IMG/VR virus record: IMGVR_UViG_3300045988_099253
Length of the DNA stretch: 45,539 nucleotides
Reading direction: 5' to 3' (one strand)
Source: a virus
The notes beneath the pieces are model-generated. The model worked only from the letters and a program-made list of their open reading frames with translations. It searched no databases and had not been told where the DNA came from. The translations under genes and the position numbers were made by a program. Shown in pieces: positions 25,063-32,919 of the stretch. Positions within the stretch are counted from its first letter, which is position 1. Every line of letters begins with the position of its first letter.

Positions 25063-25329
25063 CTATTCCCATTTTTCAGAGCAATATCCGATAGCTTGAG
25101 GGATGGAGTAATTTTCGCCTCCACATCTTTGTGTTAGAACATAGCGACAGTCTTTCCAGCCTATTCGACTATCATCACCCAGTATTTCACTTAAGGATAA
25201 ATCCTCAAAAGATATAAGCCCATGCCATTCTGCTAAAATGTTATTGAACATCTCTTCTTTTGAATTGAAAACTTTCTTTTCTCTCATTGCTTCTTCTAAT
25301 CCTCCGCGATGAGGCCGATAGATAAACAT
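25063..25329 (-). CDS. Hypothetical protein (minus-strand moron)
   Basis: SD AGGAGGA upstream. AT-rich, and on the opposite strand to the whole late region. Confidence 0.55.
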   Translation of the reverse strand: MFIYRPHRGGLEEAMREKKVFNSKEEMFNNILAEWHGLISFEDLSLSEILGDDSRIGWKDCRYVLTQRCGGENYSIPQAIGYCSEKWE

Positions 25330-25435
25330 AATATAGTCCTCCTATTTTTTAGAATATAATAGCACTTTTTATATACTTTTTAAAGCCTTTAACAGCACTT
25401 TAAGAGCCTGTCAGAGGCTTATTTTTTATGCCATA

Positions 25436-25468
25436 ATTTAGTCATACAAAGTCATTGATTTAGTCATA
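25436..25468 (+). promoter_or_regulatory. Phased AGTCAT repeats / ATTTAGTCATA direct repeat upstream of the 25481 module
   Basis: ATTTAGTCATA at 25436-25446 and 25458-25468. A third AGTCAT lies at 25450-25455. Confidence 0.3.
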
Positions 25469-25480
25469 GGAGGGACAGGC

Positions 25481-25948
25481 ATGGCATTACCATACACGCC
25501 TGGATATGGGTACAATCCATATCAGTTTGGGCAAATGAATCCATTACAGCCGCAAATGGACCGGCTGGCGCAGATGCAGGCCCAGTATCAGCAACCGCAG
25601 CAATCCCAGCAAGTAAACCAGGGGATTTTGTGGGTCCAGGGCGAGGCGGGGGCCAAGTCGTATCTTGTGGCTCCAAACACAAGCGTCCTTCTGATGGATT
25701 CCGAAACTTCCAATTTTTACATAAAGACCACAGATGCCGCCGGGATGCCGACGCTCCGGACGTTTGCTTATAAAGAGGTTGTTTTGGGCTCGCAGGAGCC
25801 GCAGAAACAGGCCGAAATAAATCTGGACGATAAATATGTTACCAGACAGGAATATGACGATTTACGGGGCAAATACGAAGAATTGTACAGCTATCTTGAA
25901 TCGGCAACAAAGCCAGAAGGAGGTAAGCATGGCGAATCCATTGTTTAA
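25481..25948 (+). CDS. Hypothetical protein with a Q/P-rich N-terminus
   Basis: SD GGAGGGA. Conserved-looking core GILWVQGEAGAKSYLVAPNTSVLLMDSE..FYIKT. Confidence 0.6.
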   Translation: MALPYTPGYGYNPYQFGQMNPLQPQMDRLAQMQAQYQQPQQSQQVNQGILWVQGEAGAKSYLVAPNTSVLLMDSETSNFYIKTTDAAGMPTLRTFAYKEVVLGSQEPQKQAEINLDDKYVTRQEYDDLRGKYEELYSYLESATKPEGGKHGESIV

Positions 25949-26141
25949 CGCTTTGAATGGTGGGGGCCCATCTGGAATGATGGAACAGTTCCAGCGTTTC
26001 CGGAAAGAAATGGAAGGTAGGAACCCCAATGAGGAGATCAATAAACTGTTACAGTCTGGCCGGATAAGCCAGCAGCAACTTAACCAGGCCCAGCAGATGG
26101 CCCAGCAGATGCAGGGCGTATTCAAAGGCTTTTTTAAATAG
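25929..26141 (+). CDS. Small Q-rich hypothetical protein
   Basis: SD GGAGGTAAG upstream of the ATG at 25929. Confidence 0.5.
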   Translation: MANPLFNALNGGGPSGMMEQFQRFRKEMEGRNPNEEINKLLQSGRISQQQLNQAQQMAQQMQGVFKGFFK

Positions 26142-26196
26142 TACATAACCGGGTGCACACGGTTTGTAAATATCATAATCGGAGGAGATTATTACT

Positions 26197-26880
26197 ATGA
26201 CAGACGGATTAACTGCTTCTGATGTTGCCGTTTTAACTGGCGGCACAGGGAGAAATGACGGCTTCGGTGGAGATTGGGGAGCCTGGATCATCCTGTTTTT
26301 AATTTTCGGTATGTTTGGCTGGGGCGGCTTCGGCGGTTGGGGCGGAAATGGTGGAGGCGCAAACTCTCCGGCATTCCAGGGATATGCGACCCGCGCTGAT
26401 ATCGACGCAGCACTGTCCACACAGGGAATCGAAAACGGTATCCAGAATCTTTCCGGACAGCTTTGCAACGGCCTTGCTGGTGTAAATGCGAATCTGTCCA
26501 ATCTGGGTTATCAGATGCAGCAGTGTTGCTGCGACACCAGAGAGGCAATCGCTGGCGTAAACTACAATATGGCAGCCCAGACCAACATCCTCCAGAATAC
26601 CGTAAACAACGGATTCCGCGATGTGATCGAGGCGCAGAATGCCGGTACCCAGCGTATCATTGATCTGTTCACGCAGGACAAGATCCAGTCCTTACAGACT
26701 GAGTTACAGTCCGCACAGCTCCAGCTGTCCAACAATGCACAGACCAATAGCATTATCAACGCGCTGAGACCTACACCGGTACCCTCTTATCCGGTAATGT
26801 CCCCGTATACATCCATCATCAACCCGACAGGCTTTAGCTTTGGCGGCGGATGTGGTTGTAATACAGGATGCGGATGCTAA
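26197..26880 (+). CDS. Gly/Trp-rich membrane protein with a Cys-rich tail (GGGCGCNTGCGC)
   Basis: SD GGAGGAG. TM helix WGAWIILFLIFGMFGW flanked by G-rich tracts, plus a long Q/N-rich coiled coil. Confidence 0.6.
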   Translation: MTDGLTASDVAVLTGGTGRNDGFGGDWGAWIILFLIFGMFGWGGFGGWGGNGGGANSPAFQGYATRADIDAALSTQGIENGIQNLSGQLCNGLAGVNANLSNLGYQMQQCCCDTREAIAGVNYNMAAQTNILQNTVNNGFRDVIEAQNAGTQRIIDLFTQDKIQSLQTELQSAQLQLSNNAQTNSIINALRPTPVPSYPVMSPYTSIINPTGFSFGGGCGCNTGCGC

Positions 26881-26969
26881 AACTGCATACGGAGTTTCTT
26901 TCAGACCATCTTGTTGACATCAACAAAATGGTTCTGGATGTTCGGCTGATGCCGTTATTACGCAGATGG

Positions 26970-26993
26970 ACAGGCCGCAAAGCCTGTCCTTTT
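26970..26993 (+). terminator. Rho-independent terminator
   Basis: ACAGGC-cgcaaa-GCCTGT followed by CCTTTT. Confidence 0.5.
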
Positions 26994-27012
26994 GCGCAGA
27001 AGGGAGAATATT

Positions 27013-27423
27013 ATGATTGAGTTAGTAAATACAGCGCCAGTCACTGTGCCGGTGGGACAGTCAATCCCGTTTTCGGTGGTTGCCACAAAGGGCGGATGTG
27101 CAGAAAGGCACAGGGCCGGGAGCGCACAGATCACGCTTGCGAAGCCCGGTAGATATCTGGTTACATTTTCCGGTAATGTCGCAGTACCGACCGGAGAAAC
27201 GGTAGGAGAAGTGGCCCTGGGAATCGCCAGAGACGGAGAAATCCTCGGCGGGACGGTCATGCGCGCTACTCCGGCAGCCGTAGAACAGTATTTTAATGTA
27301 TCGTCCCAGACATACGTTGACGTGTTCTGCGGATGCTGCGAAAACGTTTCCGTTAAAAACGCCGGAACGATTCCGGTCCTGGTAGACAACCCGAACATTA
27401 CAGCTGTCCGGGTATGCGGTTAA
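27013..27423 (+). CDS. Beta-sandwich protein resembling BclA-C/C1q-TNF-like domains
   Basis: SD AGGGAGAA. The pattern PGRYLVTFSGNVAVP...VALGIARDGEILGGT...NAGTIPVLVDNPNITAVRV resembles exosporium BclA C-terminal domains. Confidence 0.5.
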   Translation: MIELVNTAPVTVPVGQSIPFSVVATKGGCAERHRAGSAQITLAKPGRYLVTFSGNVAVPTGETVGEVALGIARDGEILGGTVMRATPAAVEQYFNVSSQTYVDVFCGCCENVSVKNAGTIPVLVDNPNITAVRVCG

Positions 27424-27435
27424 GGAGGGCAGACC

Positions 27436-27987
27436 ATGAGTTATAAATTAATGCAGAATATCCGGGAGGAACTGGATAAAATCGCGGAAAAGGGTCTGAA
27501 CACAGGGAACCTTGAAACCGCATACAAACTTATCGACATGCTGAAGGACATGGAGAACGTCGAATACTGGAAATGCAAAGAGGGCTATTACAATGCGGTC
27601 CTTGACGAGATGGAAGGCAGCCGTGGCCAGAGCGATTACAGCGAGAGACGGAAACGTGACAGTATGGGACGGTACAGCCGGGAGGACGGAAGAACCATGC
27701 CGGACTATGAAAACGGGTCCTCTTACGCCCGCCGTGGCGAGCATTATGTAAGAGGACATTACAGCCGGGCCAATGGTGCCAACGACCCGTATGCTGAGTA
27801 TATGGACAGCAAACAGTCTTACCGTAATGGTAAATCCGAGGACTGCAAGCGGCGTATGCTGGCCGCCCTAGAGGAGCATATGGATGCTTTGACCGAGGAG
27901 CTGGGAGATATGAGTCGGGATTCAGATTGCAGAGAAGAGAGGGAGACCATCTCTCGTTATGTGGACAAACTGCGTAAGATGATGTAA
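27436..27987 (+). CDS. Hypothetical charged protein
   Basis: SD AAGGAGGG; 183-aa ORF. Confidence 0.6.
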   Translation: MSYKLMQNIREELDKIAEKGLNTGNLETAYKLIDMLKDMENVEYWKCKEGYYNAVLDEMEGSRGQSDYSERRKRDSMGRYSREDGRTMPDYENGSSYARRGEHYVRGHYSRANGANDPYAEYMDSKQSYRNGKSEDCKRRMLAALEEHMDALTEELGDMSRDSDCREERETISRYVDKLRKMM

Positions 27988-27993
27988 ATGAGG

Positions 27994-28018
27994 GCGGTGG
28001 GGAGACTCACCGCTTTTT
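27994..28018 (+). terminator. Rho-independent terminator
   Basis: GCGGTG-gggagact-CACCGC followed by TTTTT. Confidence 0.7.
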
Positions 28019-28168
28019 GAAAACGAAAAAACGTGCTGAGAGGTAAAAATGGAAAATGTGGTAAAATAGTATCAAGGAAGCAATATGACATTTATAGTAT
28101 GGATTTGCATAACCCCGCGCAAGCCATACTTTTCCAATATTTGTTACATACCTCCTTTCAGATGAGTT

Positions 28169-28221
28169 GCGCACAGCCTTAACGGAAGGTTGAAAATGCG
28201 GTTCGATTCCGTCTGTGTGCA
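28169..28221 (+). ncRNA. tRNA-like minihelix 1: 7-bp acceptor-like stem with a G3-U70 pair, a T-arm (GGTTCGATTCC) and a small internal hairpin; no D or anticodon arm
   Basis: GCGCACA pairs with TGTGTGC. Discriminator A. Only 53 nt, so it is not a canonical tRNA. Confidence 0.3.
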
Positions 28222-28273
28222 ATCCCGCGAAATGCAATCGTGGGACTCTTCATTCTCAATGTAATTCCAGCAA

Positions 28274-28315
28274 TCGTGAAAGGCATACAGCCGGGTTCGA
28301 GTCCCGGCACACGAT
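28274..28315 (+). ncRNA. tRNA-like minihelix 2: T-arm CCGGG-TTCGAGT-CCCGG closed by ATCGTG/CACGAT
   Basis: Seen by eye. No cloverleaf could be built even using the alternative 5' strand at 28238. Confidence 0.25.
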
Positions 28316-28355
28316 GTAGGCGCATTGTTGAGACGGCGCCGATCATTACGCTTTT

Positions 28356-28384
28356 CGCCCGGTTCGCTACCCCCGGGCGTTTTT
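28356..28384 (+). terminator. Rho-independent terminator immediately before the tRNA
   Basis: CGCCCGG-n10-CCGGGCG followed by TTTTT. Confidence 0.55.
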
Positions 28385-28456
28385 GGGAAATAGCTCAGTA
28401 GGTAGAGCGGCGGCCTTATAAGCCGCGTGCCAGAGGTTCGATTCCTCTTTTCCCAA
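28384..28456 (+). tRNA. tRNA-Ile (anticodon UAU), no encoded CCA
   Basis: A full cloverleaf was folded by hand: acceptor TGGGAAA/TTTCCCA, D arm GCTC-agtaggta-GAGC, anticodon arm GCGGC-cTTATaa-GCCGC, variable loop GTGCC, T arm AGAGG-ttcgatt-CCTCT. Confidence 0.8.
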
Positions 28457-28533
28457 CTACCTCGCCCGTGGTTTATCGGGCTTAATCCATACCGCTGACG
28501 GGCGGTTAATTAATCACGTTTAGGAGGATAAGA

Positions 28534-29175
28534 ATGCAGAATATCGAAGCGATTTTGACAGAACTGGGAATTGAAGTTCCGGCAGACAAGAAAGAAAACC
28601 TTACAAAAAAGGTGGCAGAGAATTACATCACGAAAGCTGAACATGAAAAGAAGCTGGGAAAGGTTGAGACCGACCGGGACACCTGGAAGGCGAAGGCCGA
28701 GACGGCAGAAACCACTCTGAAAGGCTTTGAAGGTGTTGACCTCGACACTATGCAGAGGGAACTATCTGACTGGAAAAAGAAGGCCGAGGATGCCGAGAAG
28801 GATGCACAAGCTAAGCTGTATGAAAGGGATTTTGCGGACGCTCTGAAAACAGAGTTTGAAGGAATCAAATTTTCCAGTGAGGCAGCGAAAAGAGCCATCA
28901 TGACGGAGGTCAAGGATGCTGGGCTGAAACTGAAGGATGGAAAGATTCTCGGACTGAATGACCTTATTGCCCAAATGAAGGAAAAGGATGCTTCGGCGTT
29001 TGTCGATGACGAGCAGATCAAGGCCCAGCAGAATGCGGCAAGATTTACACAGCCAATCGGCAAGCAGAACCAGGGCGGAAATATGACAAAGGAGCAGATT
29101 GAAGCGATCAAAGACACCAGCGAGCGCCAGGCGGCTATCGCCAATAACCTTCATCTGTTCGGAAAAACCGAATAA
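28534..29175 (+). CDS. Scaffolding protein (GP20-like)
   Basis: SD AGGAGGA. Highly charged coiled coil immediately upstream of the major capsid gene. Confidence 0.75.
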   Translation: MQNIEAILTELGIEVPADKKENLTKKVAENYITKAEHEKKLGKVETDRDTWKAKAETAETTLKGFEGVDLDTMQRELSDWKKKAEDAEKDAQAKLYERDFADALKTEFEGIKFSSEAAKRAIMTEVKDAGLKLKDGKILGLNDLIAQMKEKDASAFVDDEQIKAQQNAARFTQPIGKQNQGGNMTKEQIEAIKDTSERQAAIANNLHLFGKTE

Positions 29176-29259
29176 TTCAATTCGACACCGGCACGCGATT
29201 GGAGCGTGTCGCTAACCTACACACCTTTTGAAAGCTATGGGTAGAAAGGACTTTTTTTT

Positions 29260-30150
29260 ATGCCAGCAAAAGAAAATTTGATCAAAACAGCGGATGTCCA
29301 GGTGACTGCCAGAGAGCTGGATTTTGTAACCAGATTCGAGCGCAACTGGCAGCATCTGCGGGACATTCTGGGGATTATGCGCCCCATTAAAAAGCAGCCC
29401 GGTGCAGTGCTTAAGAGCAAATACGCCGAGGGCACGCTCGAAAACGGTGCGGTAGCAGAGGGTGAGGAAATCCCTTACAGCAAATTTACCGTAAAAGAAA
29501 AGAAGTACCAGGAAATGACCATCGAGAAGTATGCGAAGGCTGTTTCCATCGAGGCAATCAAAGACCACGGCTATGAGAACGCCGTCCAGATGACTGACGA
29601 CGAATTCCTGTATCAGCTCCAGGCGGGCGTGACGAAGAAGTTTTATGACTATCTGAAAACCGGAACGCTCACCTCCACGGAAACCACCTTCCAGATGGCT
29701 CTGGCGATGGCAAAAGGCAAGGTTGAGAACAAGTTTAAGCAGATGCACCGGAACATCACCGGGGTTGTCGGCTTTGTGAACATCCTTGACGTGTATAAGT
29801 ACCTGGGTGCTGCGAACATCACGATCCAGAACCAGTTTGGATTCCAGTATCTTAAGGATTTCATGGGATTCAACACAATTTTCCTTCTTTCCGACAGCGA
29901 GATCCCGGCGGATACGGTGATCGCCACACCGGTGGAAAACATCGTGATGTACTACATCGACCCCAACGAGAGCGATTTCGCAAAAGCCGGCCTTGTGTAC
30001 ACCACCAGCGGCGAGACTAATCTAATCGGCTTCCATACGCAGGGCAACTATAACACAGCTGTGTCCGAGGCGTTTGCGATCACCGGCCTTGTGCTGTTTG
30101 CGGAGTACCTGGATGGTATCGCAAAAATCACTGTAAGCGCGGGGGGTTGA
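29260..30150 (+). CDS. Major capsid protein
   Basis: 296 aa, after the scaffold gene, with high-expression-type context. Confidence 0.8.
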   Translation: MPAKENLIKTADVQVTARELDFVTRFERNWQHLRDILGIMRPIKKQPGAVLKSKYAEGTLENGAVAEGEEIPYSKFTVKEKKYQEMTIEKYAKAVSIEAIKDHGYENAVQMTDDEFLYQLQAGVTKKFYDYLKTGTLTSTETTFQMALAMAKGKVENKFKQMHRNITGVVGFVNILDVYKYLGAANITIQNQFGFQYLKDFMGFNTIFLLSDSEIPADTVIATPVENIVMYYIDPNESDFAKAGLVYTTSGETNLIGFHTQGNYNTAVSEAFAITGLVLFAEYLDGIAKITVSAGG

Positions 30151-30237
30151 TGGCCGCCAGTACACCCCTAAATACTGACGGCGAACCACTTTCCGGGGAA
30201 ACGAGACGGAAGAGTAAGAGATAAGGAGGCTGACGGG

Positions 30238-30729
30238 ATGGCATACACCACGTTTACATTTTACGAGCAGACCTATCACGGAAATGTCGTCCCGGCGGAG
30301 GACTTTGACCGTATCGCAGACCGCGCCAGTGACTTTCTGGACACTATAACCTTTGACCGATTGGCTGACGGCTTACCGTCCAACGAAAGGGCGGCGACAA
30401 GGGTGCAGAAGGCCGTGTGCGCGGTCTGCGACAAGCTATATCAACTGGAGCTGGCAGATAAACAAGCGCTGTCTGCGGCCGCTGGAGGGACATCATCTGG
30501 CGGGCCCGGTGCTGCGGAGGGAGTAGTGACATCCCGCTCTGCTGGCTCCGAATCAATCTCCTATGCCTCACCGTCCGAAATGGCAAACGGCGCGAAAGCA
30601 TGGAGCACGGTCTACCAGGCGACGGGGGATGCACAGGCAACCAATAAAAACCTGGAGGATACGGCAAGGCTGTATTTGACGGGGGTAAGAACCGACGAGG
30701 GAGTGTTACTGCTATATGCAGGATTGTAA
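30238..30729 (+). CDS. Head-tail connector/adaptor protein (gp6-like)
   Basis: The N-terminal pattern TF..YEQTYHG..VP.EDFDR.A.RASDFLD..TF.R is typical of phage head-tail adaptors. Confidence 0.6.
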   Translation: MAYTTFTFYEQTYHGNVVPAEDFDRIADRASDFLDTITFDRLADGLPSNERAATRVQKAVCAVCDKLYQLELADKQALSAAAGGTSSGGPGAAEGVVTSRSAGSESISYASPSEMANGAKAWSTVYQATGDAQATNKNLEDTARLYLTGVRTDEGVLLLYAGL

Positions 30730-31066
30730 AGTGAATATCCTTGGAACCGAATATGAAATAAAGTTTGGTAATGAGGAAAAATATCCTTCACTGGAAGGGC
30801 TTGACGGATACTGCGATTCCTCGACAAAGGAAATCGTTGTGGACGATATGAAAAAAAGCGAGGGACAGGTTGGAGCGAAAGGAAATCTGAGGGACTATCA
30901 GAAAACCTGTCTCCGGCATGAAATCATTCATGCGTTTATGGAGGAATCCGGGCTGTCCAACAACTTTGAACACAAAACAATCGGAATTGAAGAAACCGTG
31001 GTGGACTGGTTTGCTATTCAGTCCCCGAAGATTTTCAAAGTATTCAAGGAATTGGACTTACTCTGA
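30716..31066 (+). CDS. Small HExxH zinc metallopeptidase-like protein
   Basis: LRHEIIHAFMEESGL contains HEIIH. Confidence 0.55.
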   Translation: MQDCKVNILGTEYEIKFGNEEKYPSLEGLDGYCDSSTKEIVVDDMKKSEGQVGAKGNLRDYQKTCLRHEIIHAFMEESGLSNNFEHKTIGIEETVVDWFAIQSPKIFKVFKELDLL

Positions 31067-31084
31067 TTCCGGAAAGGAAAGTAA

Positions 31085-31399
31085 ATGGAAACATTGTTTG
31101 CGAACATGACCACCATTCTGGCGGTTATCGGCGCACTGGCGTTCATGGTGTCGGTCATTACACAGGTGTTTAAGGGTGTAGGCGTCCTTGCCAAGATCCC
31201 GACAGATATCCTGGTGTTTGTCCTGTCCATCGGAATGACAGTGACCGCCTTTGTGGCGTATATGCAGTACATCCAGCAGACGATTTTGTGGTACATGATC
31301 CTGGCGGCGGTTCTGGCGGGATTTCTGGTCGCCTTTGTGGCGATGTATGGCTGGGAGAAATTTGCGGAATTATGGAACAGATTTAAAAAGATGGAGTAG
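31085..31399 (+). CDS. Three-TM membrane protein, holin-like
   Basis: Three hydrophobic helices and a charged C-terminus (ELWNRFKKME); 104 aa. Confidence 0.5.
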   Translation: METLFANMTTILAVIGALAFMVSVITQVFKGVGVLAKIPTDILVFVLSIGMTVTAFVAYMQYIQQTILWYMILAAVLAGFLVAFVAMYGWEKFAELWNRFKKME

Positions 31400-31402
31400 C
31401 AC

Positions 31403-32041
31403 ATGAACTACCGAAACAGCCGGAACTATGACAACCTGGAACGTCGGATATTTGATGGAGTGGGGGAGTACGGCATACCGCAGATAGAGCCAACAGCCTA
31501 TGAAGGCGGCTGTGACTGGATTGGATTCAATTATGCGAAATCCTGTAAAAATCCATCTGAAAAGGGCGTCCATTTCTTCCTTGATGATTATATTTTCCTA
31601 AGGTTATGGACGTGCATTGACCGATACATACCGATGTTGCAGAAATTCCGCTATGTAATGTCCCCGGACTTCTCCACATACACTGACTTTCCCAAAGCTA
31701 TGCAGATATATAACCATTACCGGAAACACTGGTGCGGCGCATACCTGCAAGAGGTAGGAATACAGGTTATCCCGACCATCTCATGGAGTACACCAGATTC
31801 CTTTGAATGGTGTTTTGACGGAGAACCAGAGGGTGCCGTCGTGGCGGTGTCTTCTGTCGGCTGTATGAACAGCAAGGAAAAGAAAGCACTGTTTCTGGCG
31901 GGATATGAGGAGATGGTGCGGCGATTACACCCGGAAACCATTATCTTTTACGGCTCCGTGCCGGATGAGTGCATGGGGAATATTGTGAGGATAAAAGCAT
32001 TTCATGAGAAGTTTAAGGAGGCGAAATGCAATGGGTGGTAG
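31403..32041 (+). CDS. DUF4417 domain protein
   Basis: GVHFFLDDYIF..LW......Y...L..F..V.SPDFS.Y.DFP.A.QIYN.YR..W.GAY.Q..GI.VIPT..W pattern. Confidence 0.65.
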   Translation: MNYRNSRNYDNLERRIFDGVGEYGIPQIEPTAYEGGCDWIGFNYAKSCKNPSEKGVHFFLDDYIFLRLWTCIDRYIPMLQKFRYVMSPDFSTYTDFPKAMQIYNHYRKHWCGAYLQEVGIQVIPTISWSTPDSFEWCFDGEPEGAVVAVSSVGCMNSKEKKALFLAGYEEMVRRLHPETIIFYGSVPDECMGNIVRIKAFHEKFKEAKCNGW

Positions 32042-32420
32042 AGGCGGAAGTAGTGGAATGAGCAATTCTGGAGTGATCGACAGAAGCGCAAAAACGAGAA
32101 CTATCGAAACGGTTTACAGATCGTCGGGTGGATACTCTGGAGGCTACTATAAGGACACGGTCCTCGAAGCAAAAGATAATGGTAACGGAGAATTATCGTT
32201 TGAGTATGCTACCCCAGAGAAAAGAGAAAAGACGGCAAAAACCAATAAAACCGAGTATCTCAGTTACAAACTGAAAGCCGGAGCTGAAAATGGAGATGTT
32301 TTTGGTGTTAATTGGGACCGTGTGCAATCTGTATCTGGTCAGACTTATGATCTCCGCTCGGAAATCAAGGACCGAGGATTTAAGTGGGATGGAAAAGCGA
32401 AAAAATGGGTGCGCCGATAA
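32031..32420 (+). CDS. Hypothetical protein with a Gly/Ser-rich N-terminus
   Basis: SD AAGGAGG upstream of the ATG at 32031. Confidence 0.5.
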   Translation: MGGRGGSSGMSNSGVIDRSAKTRTIETVYRSSGGYSGGYYKDTVLEAKDNGNGELSFEYATPEKREKTAKTNKTEYLSYKLKAGAENGDVFGVNWDRVQSVSGQTYDLRSEIKDRGFKWDGKAKKWVRR

Positions 32421-32432
32421 GGAGGGGATACC

Positions 32433-32906
32433 ATGCATAGCGACACAGTGACAATATTCAATTTTTACGAATCCAGCACTGCCGCCATCTGGTATCCTCA
32501 TGTGCTTTCCGGGGTGCATCTGGAGACGGACCGGGGGCAGATCATGAAGCTGTACGGCCCCGACAGCACCGATAATGCACAGCTACACATTCCATATGTG
32601 TATAAAGATGGGAAAAGAGTGGTGGTTGATGCCTCCGGGAAGGAACTGCCGTGGCTGCCGCCGAAGGAATGGCGGAAACAGGTGAATGACCTGTTGGACG
32701 ACAGTATCACATTCAACCCCACCACGGATTTTTTCATGGCGGGTGCATGGGACGGAGACGGCCCCGTTGATGATGCGGATTATACGGATCGGCGGTATGA
32801 GGGATTTTACGCCTTCATGAACGCCGAAAAGGATTTTGTTTATCTGATTTCATCTGTGGGCGGCCCGTACAAGGTGATCCCACACTTTGAACTACTAGGA
32901 AAATAA
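32433..32906 (+). CDS. Head-tail joining/head closure family protein (putative)
   Basis: The TIFNFYES....IWYPHVLSGVHLETDRG ... VIPHFELLGK pattern is typical of small connector proteins of Firmicutes siphoviruses. Confidence 0.5.
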   Translation: MHSDTVTIFNFYESSTAAIWYPHVLSGVHLETDRGQIMKLYGPDSTDNAQLHIPYVYKDGKRVVVDASGKELPWLPPKEWRKQVNDLLDDSITFNPTTDFFMAGAWDGDGPVDDADYTDRRYEGFYAFMNAEKDFVYLISSVGGPYKVIPHFELLGK

Positions 32907-32919
32907 GCGCATAGAAAGG

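Noticed and set aside
28007-28237. Minus-strand 76-aa ORF across the terminator/ncRNA region
   Set aside because: It has no SD, overlaps a terminator and tRNA-like structures, and its composition looks non-coding.
28238-28315. An attempt to fold a full 78-nt tRNA around the second T-arm
   Set aside because: An acceptor stem of 6/7 bp is possible, but no D-stem or 7-nt anticodon loop could be formed. It is reported only as a tRNA-like element.
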